In this document: positions 38,598 through 47,504 of the stretch, one piece after another
How positions within the stretch are numbered: position 1 is the stretch's first letter
Layout: every line of letters starts with the position of its first letter
Source of the DNA: Dehalococcoidia bacterium
GTDB taxonomy: Bacteria > Chloroflexota > Dehalococcoidia > DSTF01 > JACRBR01
Length of the DNA: 64,000 bases
Assembly (NCBI GenBank): GCA_041494685.1
Contig: JBGQBE010000001.1
Span: forward strand, 144,286-208,285
Direction: 5' to 3'
Program-made: the position numbers and the translations under genes
The notes under the pieces: generated by a model
Databases searched by the model: none
Told to the model about the DNA's origin: nothing
What the model saw: the letters and a program-made list of their open reading frames with translations, nothing else

Positions 38598-39716
38598 TTA
38601 CAGCGCGTTCAGCGCATCGATCAGCTGTCGGATCCGCCCGAAGTTGTGCTTCGCCAGGAAGGCGATGCGCTCCAGGTCCGGCGCGTCGCCGTCCTTCGCC
38701 TCCGCCGGCGTGATGCCGATCCGCTCGATGCGGCCCTTCGCCACGAGATCGCGGAAGTCGCGGTTCAGCCGCGCCAGATTTTCCGTGTCCGGCGCGTGGC
38801 GCATTCGCATCACCAGCCGCTCGCCCACGTACCGCGCCGAGTGATAGTTCGCGTAGAACCGCTCGATGATCGCCACCGCGCCCTCGATCGAGTTCGCCGC
38901 CTCGAATAGCGACAGGTCCTCCGGCGACGCCAGCCCCCGCGCCACCAGATGCTGCCGCACGAACGTCTCCCACTCGCGCCAGTAGCCCGTGCCCGGCGGG
39001 TCCAGCAGCACGACCGGGCGGATCGCCGTCTTCCCCGTCTGCATCAGCGTCAGCAGCTCGAACCCCTCGTCCATCGTGCCGTAGCCGCCCGGCAACAGCA
39101 CGAAGGCATCCGACTCCTTCATGAACGTGATCTTGCGCGTGAAGAAGTACTTGAAGTCGATCAGCTTCGGGTCGCCCGCGATCACCCAGTTGGCGCGCTG
39201 CTCCCACGGCAGCTTGATGCCGACGCCGAAGCTCGCCTTCGCCCCCGCGCCCTCGTGCCCCGCCGCCATGATGCCCGGCCCCGCGCCCGTGATCACCATC
39301 CAGCCGCGCTCCGCGATCGCGCGCGAAAAGTCGCGCGCCGCCGCGTATTCCGCGTGCCCCTCCTCCGTGCGCGCCGAGCCGAAGATGCTCACCTTCCGCA
39401 CGCCGCGGTACGGCTCGAAGATCCGGAACGCCCGCCCCAGCTCCCGCAGCGATCGCGCCACCAACTTCATCTCGCCGCGGTTCGCCGTGCGCGCCATCCG
39501 GAATGCCGTCTCGACCATGTCCTCCAGCAGCTCCGCGTCGGCCGCGTCGACGCCCGCCACCAACTCGCGGATCTGCTCGTCGAGTGCGCGGTCGCCGGAG
39601 CCCGTGCGCCGCCGCAGCCGCTGCCGCGACGGGCTGGTGCGCACCGATCGCGGCTCCAGCGGCTCGACGCCCGGCGCCAACTGCGGGCTCTCCTGCCGGT
39701 CGTTTATGGGGTCCAT
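38598..39716 (-). CDS. LOG family protein (Rossmann-fold nucleotide-binding, TIGR00730-like) with C-terminal extension
   Basis: PGGYGTMDE motif. Confidence 0.7.
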   Translation of the reverse strand: MDPINDRQESPQLAPGVEPLEPRSVRTSPSRQRLRRRTGSGDRALDEQIRELVAGVDAADAELLEDMVETAFRMARTANRGEMKLVARSLRELGRAFRIFEPYRGVRKVSIFGSARTEEGHAEYAAARDFSRAIAERGWMVITGAGPGIMAAGHEGAGAKASFGVGIKLPWEQRANWVIAGDPKLIDFKYFFTRKITFMKESDAFVLLPGGYGTMDEGFELLTLMQTGKTAIRPVVLLDPPGTGYWREWETFVRQHLVARGLASPEDLSLFEAANSIEGAVAIIERFYANYHSARYVGERLVMRMRHAPDTENLARLNRDFRDLVAKGRIERIGITPAEAKDGDAPDLERIAFLAKHNFGRIRQLIDALNAL

Positions 39717-39737
39717 GATGTGGGTCTCCGTGCGCCG

Positions 39738-40166
39738 CTACGGCCGCGTCGTCAGCCCCAGCTGCCGCATGAACGTCAGCGAGTCGTAGTACGCCGTCTC
39801 GCGTGTGATGCGCCCCTCCGCGTCGAACGCGAAGTGCGCGCGGATCCGCAGCTCCAGCTTGCGCCCGGTCGCCGGGATGCCGCGGTACGGGCCGTCGTGC
39901 GTGCCCGTCAGCGTCAGCTCGATCACGCACGAGTCATCCCCGAAGGTCCAGCGATCGATGCGGCGCACGAGCCCCGGAAACCCGTCCCAGAGGTTGCGGT
40001 AGTTGTCGATGATCTCGTCGCCGCCCCGGAAGCGCCGTCCCGTCGGCACGTCGTCGAACTCCGGGCCGTCAGCGCAGTACGTCGCCAGCACGCGCTCCCG
40101 ATCGTGGACGTTCTCCGCTTCCACGTGCTCTTCCAGGACCCGCCGCATCGTCTCAGGCGTCAGCAT
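39738..40166 (-). CDS. SnoaL-like / ester cyclase (NTF2 superfamily) protein
   Basis: 3' 143 codons of ORF 39738..41054. YCADGPEFDDVPTG pattern of the SnoaL family. Confidence 0.6.
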   Translation of the reverse strand: MLTPETMRRVLEEHVEAENVHDRERVLATYCADGPEFDDVPTGRRFRGGDEIIDNYRNLWDGFPGLVRRIDRWTFGDDSCVIELTLTGTHDGPYRGIPATGRKLELRIRAHFAFDAEGRITRETAYYDSLTFMRQLGLTTRP

Positions 40167-40219
40167 GCACGCAGTATGCGCCCGCCGCCCGCGAGAATCT
40201 AGCGGCGACGCGAAGCGCG

Positions 40220-40242
40220 CGGCACAGCCGTCCCCGGCTGTG
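40220..40242. repeat. Short GC hairpin repeat GGCACAGCCGTCCCCGGCTGTGC (copy 1)
   Basis: Identical 23-mer recurs at 60051..60073. Confidence 0.5.
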
Positions 40243-40388
40243 CGTCCGGCGAAGCCGGAACCGGCCGGCGCCCTGTGCCCCCTGCCATCATGCATCGGCG
40301 CGTGCGCCCCGCCGATCACCCTGACGCGGGTGACAAGCACTACAATGGAGCAGTCCGGCCCGACCCCGGCCCAGCGCAAGGAGGCCCC

Positions 40389-40988
40389 ATGTTCATCATC
40401 CGCCTGTTCACCGGCTCCATCATCGGGATGATCACCGGCTTTTTCTTCAGCCTGCTGCTGCTCTTCGTCCTCTTCGCCGTCGTCGTCGGCGCGCTCGCCG
40501 CCACCGGCGGCCCGTCGCCCTGCACACCCGGCGGCGCATCCATCACCGTCGACCAGGCGAACTCCGACGCCTTCAAGTCCAAATGGGACGCCTTCTCCAG
40601 GGTGCTCGACGGCGGCGCGGCCGCATCCGTCACGCTGAACGAGAGCGAGATCTCCTCGCGCGCCGACACCTGGCTGAGCGATCACAGCGTGCCGTTCAGC
40701 GATCCGCGCGTCTGCATCCACAACGGCTCGGGCGAAGCGTCGTCGACGTTCTCCTTCGCCGGCCTGCACGTGAAGATCAAGCTCAAGGGCACCATGACCC
40801 TCACCGGCGCCCACCCGCAGGCCCACATCGACAGCATGGAGATCGGGAATATCCCCGGTTGGGCGTCCGCGCCCGTCGAGTCGCTGGTGAACCGCGCACT
40901 CGATAGCGCACTCAACGACGTGAACCTCGACCACAGGTACACGCCGACGCTCACGCCCGGACAGGCGGCCATCGGCGGCCAGCCGTAG
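40389..40988 (+). CDS. Membrane-anchored hypothetical protein
   Basis: AGGAGG RBS before ATG 40389. N-terminal TM helix, then a soluble domain. Confidence 0.55.
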   Translation: MFIIRLFTGSIIGMITGFFFSLLLLFVLFAVVVGALAATGGPSPCTPGGASITVDQANSDAFKSKWDAFSRVLDGGAAASVTLNESEISSRADTWLSDHSVPFSDPRVCIHNGSGEASSTFSFAGLHVKIKLKGTMTLTGAHPQAHIDSMEIGNIPGWASAPVESLVNRALDSALNDVNLDHRYTPTLTPGQAAIGGQP

Positions 40989-41073
40989 GCGCAGCCCGCG
41001 GCAAGCATCGTCACCGCGCGGCAGCGCGACAGAGGCCGGGCGTGCGTCATGCACGCCCGGCCTCTGACTCAGC

Positions 41074-41811
41074 TCACAGCTCCGACCGCAGGAACCGCCC
41101 CCACAGCGAACGCGCCAGCCGGTGCGCGTCCGCCGCGACGCCGAAGCGCGCGAAGAAGTCCGCCAGGCGCTCGATGTCCCGCTCCAGCAGCGCCAGCGCG
41201 TTGCTGTTGAAGCGCGCGTCCACCGCCTGCGGGAAGTCGATCACGCGCACGTCGCCCGCGTGGTACAGCACGTTGTACGCCGATAGGTCGCCGTGGACGC
41301 GGTCGCACGCGAGCCACAGCTCCACGTTGCGCATCAGCCGCGCGAACGCCTCCGCCGCCTCGTGATACTCCAGCCGCACCGACGCCAGCATCGGCGCAGG
41401 GCCCTCCTCGTCGCCAATGTACTCCATCAGGATGATGCTGTCGGACTGCGCCAGCGGCCGCGGCACGTCCGCGCCCGCCCCGTGCAGCAGCGTCAGCGTC
41501 TCGAACTCGTCACGCACCCACTTGCTGAACGCCATCTCCCGGCCCGCGCGGCTGCCGGACAGGATCGCGCGCTGCTGGCGCCGCTCCATGTTCCGCAGCC
41601 TCCCCTCGAAGTAGGCCGCGTCGTTCGAGAAGTTCCGCACGTTCCGCGAACGGTATACCTTCGCCGCGATGAGCCCGCCGCCGGGCGCGCGGCACGCGTA
41701 CACCGTCGCCTCCTTGCCGCTCTTCACCACGCCCAGCACGTCATCGATCGTCCCCTGGTCGATGAACGCGCCCAGCGCCTCCATCTGTTCGTGTTCCCGA
41801 TTCTGTCCCAA
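41074..41811 (-). CDS. RIO1-type atypical serine protein kinase
   Basis: KSGKEATVY (ATP-binding Lys) and VHGDLSAYNVL (catalytic loop) motifs. TTG start with GGAGGA RBS. Confidence 0.75.
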   Translation of the reverse strand: MGQNREHEQMEALGAFIDQGTIDDVLGVVKSGKEATVYACRAPGGGLIAAKVYRSRNVRNFSNDAAYFEGRLRNMERRQQRAILSGSRAGREMAFSKWVRDEFETLTLLHGAGADVPRPLAQSDSIILMEYIGDEEGPAPMLASVRLEYHEAAEAFARLMRNVELWLACDRVHGDLSAYNVLYHAGDVRVIDFPQAVDARFNSNALALLERDIERLADFFARFGVAADAHRLARSLWGRFLRSEL

Positions 41812-42207
41812 GCCGTCCTCCCGGACATCGCTGTTCGCTCGCCGAAGGCCTGTACGTCGTGTCGTCGTTGTTCCGCATCGGACATCCCTCCTCGCTGAAC
41901 TCCATCGGATGTGTGGATCGATGCCGCGCCGCCGCGCAGGCGTGCCGGATGCAAGAAGACCGCCCGAAGGCGGCCATGCGCGAGCGTCAGTGGTGACGGC
42001 GTATCAGGCGGCGAGCCCTCGGAGGCGCGGCGGCACGGTGCGGACGTTGCGTGCGTTCATCTGCGTCGCCTCCTTCCGTGAGCGTGGCCGCGGGCGCGGC
42101 CTATGCCGCCAGAGTAGGCCCGGCGCCCGCGGCCTGTCAAGCGACCGGCAAGCCCAGGCGAACCGATATAGTGTCCCCGTGAAGCGAATCACTCGACGCG
42201 AACGCTC

Positions 42208-43500
42208 ATGACGAAGATCGTCGCCATCGGCATCGGCAGCATCGTCTTCGGCGTCGAGTTGCTGCGCGACGTCTTCCAGACGCCCGAGCTGCGCGGCGCC
42301 GAGCTCTGGCTCGTCGATCTCGACCCGGACGCGCTGCGCCGCATGCGCGGCCTCGCCGCCGCCCTGGACCGCGCCTCCGGCTGGGACGTCACCGTCCGCA
42401 CCACCACTGATCGCATCGAGGCGCTACCCGGCGCCGATTTCGTCGTCACCGCCATCGCCCGCGCGCGCGACACGTCGTGGCAGACCGACCACCGGCTCGC
42501 GCTCAAGCACGGCTTTCCCAGCGTGCTCAGCGAGAACGGCGGCCCCGGCGGCCTCTCTCACACCCTGCGCGCCGTGCCGCCCATGCTCGCCGTGGCGCAG
42601 GACGTCGGGCGTCTGGCGCCGGACGCCCTGCTGCTCAACTACACCAACCCGGAAAACCGCATCTGCCTGGCGATCCAGCGCTACACCAGCGTCCGCAGCA
42701 TCGGCCTCTGCCACGGCGTCGCCGAGACAGTCGAGTTCGTCGCCGACCTGCTGGAGATGCCGCGCGACAGCATCGATCTGCGCGCCGCCGGCACCAACCA
42801 CTTCACCTGGACCGCCTCGCTGACCGAGCGCCCCTCCGGCCGCGACCTGCTGCCGGCCCTGCGCGGCGCGCTCGGCGACGACCCGCCGGAGAAGTGGCGT
42901 CTTTGCACGCTCCTCTACGACCGCTTCGGCGTCTTCCCGACGACCGGCGACAACCACGTCGGCGAGTACATCGGCTGGGCCGCCGAGTATCTCGGCACCG
43001 AGGGCTACGACTTCGCGGGCTACGCGCGCAACAAGCTGCTGGCGAACCGCAACCTCGACGCCTACGCCGACGGATCGAAGCCGGTCGCGTCGCTGCTGCG
43101 CCAGCCCTCGCGCGAGGCGCGCCTCGGCCACTCCGTCACCGAGATCATCGCCGCGCTCGCCACGGGCCGGACCGTGCGCCGGCCGTCGTTCATCATCCCC
43201 AACGCCGGCTACATCGAGAACATCGAGCGCGACGCAATGGTGGAGGTGCCGGGCGTGATCGAGGACGGCACGTTCCGCGGCCTGCCCGTCGGCCGCCTCT
43301 CCGGCCCCGTCGCGTCGATGGTGCAGCGCGAGATCGAGATCCAGAAGCTCGCCGTCGAGGCCGCCGTCACCGGCTCGCGCGACCTCGCCCTGCAGGCGCT
43401 GCTGATCGACCCCTGCGTCCACAGCGCCCGCGCCGCCGAGTCTTTCCTCGACGACATCCTCCGCGAGCAGCGCGAATACTTGCCTGCGTTCTGGAGTTAG
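42208..43500 (+). CDS. Glycoside hydrolase family 4 (NAD+/Mn2+-dependent alpha-glucosidase / 6-phospho-glycosidase)
   Basis: MTKIVAIGIGS Rossmann N-terminus. NYTNPE and GLCHG motifs. Confidence 0.85.
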   Translation: MTKIVAIGIGSIVFGVELLRDVFQTPELRGAELWLVDLDPDALRRMRGLAAALDRASGWDVTVRTTTDRIEALPGADFVVTAIARARDTSWQTDHRLALKHGFPSVLSENGGPGGLSHTLRAVPPMLAVAQDVGRLAPDALLLNYTNPENRICLAIQRYTSVRSIGLCHGVAETVEFVADLLEMPRDSIDLRAAGTNHFTWTASLTERPSGRDLLPALRGALGDDPPEKWRLCTLLYDRFGVFPTTGDNHVGEYIGWAAEYLGTEGYDFAGYARNKLLANRNLDAYADGSKPVASLLRQPSREARLGHSVTEIIAALATGRTVRRPSFIIPNAGYIENIERDAMVEVPGVIEDGTFRGLPVGRLSGPVASMVQREIEIQKLAVEAAVTGSRDLALQALLIDPCVHSARAAESFLDDILREQREYLPAFWS

Positions 43501-43539
43501 TTAGCGGTACGTCCGATGGGGTCTGCGCGGCGGCCCGGG

Positions 43540-44016
43540 CTACGCTTCGTCCGGGCGCGGCCGCCGCCGCATCAGCAGCCACACGATCGCGATCGCCGCC
43601 CACGCGATCACCGCGATACGCAGCGCCGACCGGTCGCGCCGGTCCGAGACCGGATCGAGATCGTATCGCCCGCCCGCCTCGTGCCCTTCGACCGCTGCCG
43701 CCGTGCGCGCCCACTCGCGCGTCACGTACGGCGTCGGTTCCGGCACCTCAACGGACGCCACCACAGCCTCCCGCTGACGCGCCGGCGGCGCGTCGGGCGC
43801 GGGCGCCACTGCCGGCTCCGCAAGCGCGGCGGGCTCCGCCGGCGCCGCATCATGCATGGTCCCGTTCGACGACGGCACAGGCGACTCGGCTGCGAGGCGC
43901 GCGAACGCGGCAGCTTCCGCCGCTGCTTCCACGCGCAGCCTGTCGTTGCAGCGCTGCCGCATCGTGTGGCTCTGGTCGCAAAACGGTTCGTGTTCGGAGA
44001 ACATCGTGCCCATTGT
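43540..44016 (-). CDS. Hypothetical small C-terminally membrane-anchored protein
   Basis: ORF 43540..44070, possible start MGTMFSEHEPFC. C-terminal TM IAVIAWAAIAIVWLL. Low confidence; could be a high-GC artefact. Confidence 0.3.
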   Translation of the reverse strand, partial: TMGTMFSEHEPFCDQSHTMRQRCNDRLRVEAAAEAAAFARLAAESPVPSSNGTMHDAAPAEPAALAEPAVAPAPDAPPARQREAVVASVEVPEPTPYVTREWARTAAAVEGHEAGGRYDLDPVSDRRDRSALRIAVIAWAAIAIVWLLMRRRPRPDEA

Positions 44017-44033
44017 ACCGCCGCCCGGCCCCC

Positions 44034-44120
44034 GCGGCGCGCATGGAAGATCATCCTCCGCCGAGCACACTCGATCGCCCTTCCTCCGTGGGGACGGGTA
44101 AGGGGTCAGGTCGCGTCGGG
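44034..44120 (+). repeat. Copy 2 of the ~75-nt dispersed intergenic repeat element
   Basis: See 28181..28262. Confidence 0.6.
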
Positions 44121-44153
44121 AAGGGAGCGGAACGGGGGGCAGGGTTCGTCAAT

Positions 44154-44169
44154 GAAGTTTGTGTTACCA
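44154..44169. promoter_or_regulatory. TGAAGTTTGTGTTACC motif ~65 nt upstream of glnA, shared with the gltB upstream region; candidate nitrogen-regulator operator
   Basis: The same GAAGT-(0-2)-GTGTTAC core occurs on the gltB-sense strand at 19522..19553. Confidence 0.4.
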
Positions 44170-44231
44170 GCGCCCGCACCCACGCCGCCTCACCGCCTAC
44201 CTCGATACAATGCCGCCGAGGAGACACCACC

Positions 44232-45560
44232 ATGCGCGACGACCAGAAAGACTACGTCCTCAGCACCTGCCGCGATAAGGACATCAAGTTCATCCGGCTC
44301 TGGTTCACCGATATCCTCGGCTCGCTCAAGAGCTTCGCCATCACGGTCGAAGAGCTCGAGGAGGCGCTGGACGAGGGCCAGGGCTTCGACGGCAGCAGCA
44401 TCGAGGGCTTCGCCCGCGTCGACGAGTCCGACATGATCGCCATGCCCGACCCCGCCACCTTCGCGGTGCTGCCCTGGCGCCCCCGCGAGCGCGGCGTCGC
44501 CCGCATGTTCTGCGACATCCAGATGCCCGACGGCTCGCCCTTCGAAGGCGACCCCCGCTTCGTGCTCAAGCGCCAGCTCAAGCGCGCCGCCGACCTCGGC
44601 TACACCTTCTACGTCGGCCCGGAGCTGGAGTTCTTCTACTTCAAGTCGTCCGACGCCCCCGTCGGCCTCGACAAGGGCGGCTACTTCGACCTCACCCCGC
44701 TCGACGTGGCGAGCGACCTGCGCCGCCAGACCGTGCTCACGCTCGAAGAGATGGGCATCGGCGTCGAGTTCAGCCACCACGAGGTCGCGCCCAGCCAGCA
44801 CGAAATCGACTTGCGCTACACGGACGCGCTGACCATGGCCGACAACGCGATGACCTACCGCCTCGTCGTGAAGGAGGTCGCGCTGGACAACGGCGTCTAC
44901 GCCACGTTCATGCCCAAGCCCCTCGCCAACGAGAACGGCAGCGGTATGCACACCCACCAGTCGCTCTTCAAGGGCGACCGCAACGCCTTCTCCGATCCGG
45001 AGGACGCCTACCACCTCTCGCCGATCGCGAAGTCCTACATCGCCGGCCTGCTCAAGCACGCGCCGGAGATCACGCTCGTCACGAACCAGTGGGTGAACAG
45101 CTACAAGCGCCTGGTCCCCGGCTACGAGGCGCCCGTCTACCTGACCTGGGCGCGGCGCAACCGCTCCGACTTGATCCGCCTGCCGCAGTACAAGCCCGGC
45201 AAGGAGGTCTCGACCCGCATCGAGTACCGTGCGCCGGACGCCGCCTGCAACCCCTACCTCGCGTTCGCCGTCATGCTGGCCGCCGGGCTCGAGGGCATCG
45301 AGAAGGAGTACCCGCTGCAGCCGCCGACCGAGGAGAACGTCTTCGAGATCGGGCCGGAGGAGCGCAAGCGACGCGGCATCAAGACCTTGCCCGGCAGCCT
45401 GAAAGAAGCGATCGAGGCGTTCGCCGACAGCGAGTTCACCCGCCGCGCCCTCGGCGACCACGTCTTCGAGAGCCTGCTCCGCAACAAGACTATCGAGTAC
45501 GACGCCTACCGCCGCCACGTCACCGACTACGAGCTCGACCGCTACCTGGCCGTGCTGTAG
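44232..45560 (+). CDS. glnA: Glutamine synthetase type I
   Basis: 3' part of ORF 42477..45560. GGAGGAGA RBS. KPLANENGSGMHTHQS and NPYLAFA motifs. Confidence 0.9.
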   Translation: MRDDQKDYVLSTCRDKDIKFIRLWFTDILGSLKSFAITVEELEEALDEGQGFDGSSIEGFARVDESDMIAMPDPATFAVLPWRPRERGVARMFCDIQMPDGSPFEGDPRFVLKRQLKRAADLGYTFYVGPELEFFYFKSSDAPVGLDKGGYFDLTPLDVASDLRRQTVLTLEEMGIGVEFSHHEVAPSQHEIDLRYTDALTMADNAMTYRLVVKEVALDNGVYATFMPKPLANENGSGMHTHQSLFKGDRNAFSDPEDAYHLSPIAKSYIAGLLKHAPEITLVTNQWVNSYKRLVPGYEAPVYLTWARRNRSDLIRLPQYKPGKEVSTRIEYRAPDAACNPYLAFAVMLAAGLEGIEKEYPLQPPTEENVFEIGPEERKRRGIKTLPGSLKEAIEAFADSEFTRRALGDHVFESLLRNKTIEYDAYRRHVTDYELDRYLAVL

Positions 45561-45665
45561 CCCTCGGGCGCAGGACGGCGCGCACGACGCTTGCCCGACC
45601 TTCGGCCCGCGCCGACCGGCCGTTTGCCACTGGTCATGCATCGGCGCAGATGACAGGCTTCAGCT

Positions 45666-46775
45666 ATGGTCCCCGTCGCCCGACGCAACCTGCTGGCCGA
45701 GAAGGGCCGCCTCGCGATGTCCGTGTTCGGCGTCGCGTTCGCCGTGCTGCTCGTCCTGATCGTCCTCAGCCTCTACCGCGGCTGGAGCGGCGTCGGAAAG
45801 ATCATCACGCGCCTGCCGGGCGACGTCTGGGTGACGCAGACCGGCACCAACAACCTCTTCCGCTCGAGTTCGTTCCTGCCCGCTGACCGGGCCGGCGACC
45901 TCCAGGCGATCCCCGGCGTCCAGCTCGCCACGCCCGTCTACTCTCGCGAGATGGGCTACGAGCGCGACGGCGCGGCCTACAACGTGCTCTTCATGGCGTT
46001 CGACGCGCCACCCGCCGCGACGGCGCTCCTGCCGCAGGCGACGCGCGACCGCTACTTCCCGGAACCGGGCCAGATCGACATCGACTCCGTGTTCGCGGAC
46101 AAGGCCGGGCTCCACGCCGGCGACACGATGGATATCCTCGGCCAGACGTTGCGCGTGGCGCACGTGACGAAGGGAGGGAGCGCGGTGCTGGCCCAGTCCG
46201 CGTTCATCAACGGCGCGGACGCACGCACGATCTACGGTACCGCCGACATGGTCAACTTCTACCTGATCACCACGCAGCCCGGCGCCGACGCCGCCGCCGT
46301 CCAGCGCCAGCTCACGGGCATCATCCCCAACAGCGAGGTGCACGCCAGCGAGGCGTTCTCGCGGGCGCTCTCGCGCGATGTGAGCGAAGGGTTCCTGCCA
46401 GTCGTGAGCGTGCTCGTCGGCATCGGCATCGTCGTGGGCGGCGCGGTCGTCGCGCTCACGACGTACACCGCGACCATCGAGAAGGCGCGCGACTTCGGCG
46501 TGCTCAAGGCGCTCGGCGCGTCGAGCGCGTACCTCTACCGCATCGTCATCACGCAGAGCGTGATCGTGGGCGTGCTCGGGTCGCTGCTCGGGGTCGCGGC
46601 CTCCGCCGTCTCCACCGCCGTCATCGCGCGCCGAATCCCGGAGTTCATCACCGACCTGCGCGCGACCGATGTCGCGATCATCTTCGTCGCCGCCCTCGCC
46701 ATGGCGATCGCGGCCTCGTACGTGCCGGTCCGCCGCATCAACAGCATCGATCCCGCCATGGTGTTCCGGGCATGA
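45666..46775 (+). CDS. ABC transporter permease, FtsX/MacB/DevC-like
   Basis: N-terminal TM, large periplasmic domain, C-terminal 3-TM FtsX region. Confidence 0.8.
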   Translation: MVPVARRNLLAEKGRLAMSVFGVAFAVLLVLIVLSLYRGWSGVGKIITRLPGDVWVTQTGTNNLFRSSSFLPADRAGDLQAIPGVQLATPVYSREMGYERDGAAYNVLFMAFDAPPAATALLPQATRDRYFPEPGQIDIDSVFADKAGLHAGDTMDILGQTLRVAHVTKGGSAVLAQSAFINGADARTIYGTADMVNFYLITTQPGADAAAVQRQLTGIIPNSEVHASEAFSRALSRDVSEGFLPVVSVLVGIGIVVGGAVVALTTYTATIEKARDFGVLKALGASSAYLYRIVITQSVIVGVLGSLLGVAASAVSTAVIARRIPEFITDLRATDVAIIFVAALAMAIAASYVPVRRINSIDPAMVFRA

Positions 46776-47494
46776 ACGCGACACGTCCCGTGCTGACGGT
46801 CGAGAGCGTCACGAAGGTGTTCGGCACAGCGCGCACGCAGGTGCGCGCGGTCGACGGCGTGAGCTTCGCGGTCGGCAGCGGCGAGATCGTGCTGATCATG
46901 GGCCCGTCCGGCTCCGGGAAGACGACGCTGCTCACCATCCTCGGCGGCCTGCTGCGCCCCACCAGCGGGCGCGTCGTCATCGACGGGCTGGATCTCACGG
47001 CCATGCGCCCGGCCGAGCTGCCCAGGGTGCGCCGCGAGCACGTGGGATTCGTCTTCCAGTCGTTCAACCTGCTCGATTCGCTGAGCGCGCAGGAGAACGT
47101 AGAGGTCGCGCTCAACGTGGCGGGTGTCGGCGGCGCCGCGGCCCGCTCCCGGGCGCGCGACCTGCTGATCACGGCGGGACTGGAAGGCCGCCTCGACTTC
47201 CGCGCGCGCGACCTCTCCGGCGGCGAAAAGCAGCGCGTGTCGATCGCCCGTGCGCTCGCCAACCGCCCGCAGCTCCTCCTCGCGGACGAGCCCACCGCGA
47301 ACCTCGACTCGCGCAACGGCCACGAAGTGATGCAACTGCTGCACGATCTCGCAAAGCGGGAGGGGCACACCGTGGTCGTCGTGTCGCACGACACGCGCCT
47401 GCAGGACATCGCCGACCGCGTCCTCTGGCTCGAAGACGGCCGCCTCCGCGATCACGCGTCCGGCGCGGCACAGGAGCGAGGGCTCACGGTCTGA
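46772..47494 (+). CDS. ABC transporter ATP-binding protein (MacB/LolD/DevA-like)
   Basis: GPSGSGKTTL and LSGGEKQRVSIARAL motifs. ATGA overlap with the permease. Confidence 0.9.
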   Translation: MNATRPVLTVESVTKVFGTARTQVRAVDGVSFAVGSGEIVLIMGPSGSGKTTLLTILGGLLRPTSGRVVIDGLDLTAMRPAELPRVRREHVGFVFQSFNLLDSLSAQENVEVALNVAGVGGAAARSRARDLLITAGLEGRLDFRARDLSGGEKQRVSIARALANRPQLLLADEPTANLDSRNGHEVMQLLHDLAKREGHTVVVVSHDTRLQDIADRVLWLEDGRLRDHASGAAQERGLTV

Positions 47495-47504
47495 GCCGCC
47501 CCCG

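Noticed and set aside
38464-40202. ORFs 38464..39930 (-) 488 aa and 38949..40202 (+) 417 aa
   Set aside because: Alternate frames over the LOG-family and SnoaL-like genes. Low-complexity Arg/Gly/Ala.
42424-44231. ORF 42424..43422 (-) and the 5' 585 codons of ORF 42477..45560 (+)
   Set aside because: Overlap the GH4 gene in other frames. Arg/Pro-rich. Only the glnA portion (from ATG 44232 with RBS) is real.
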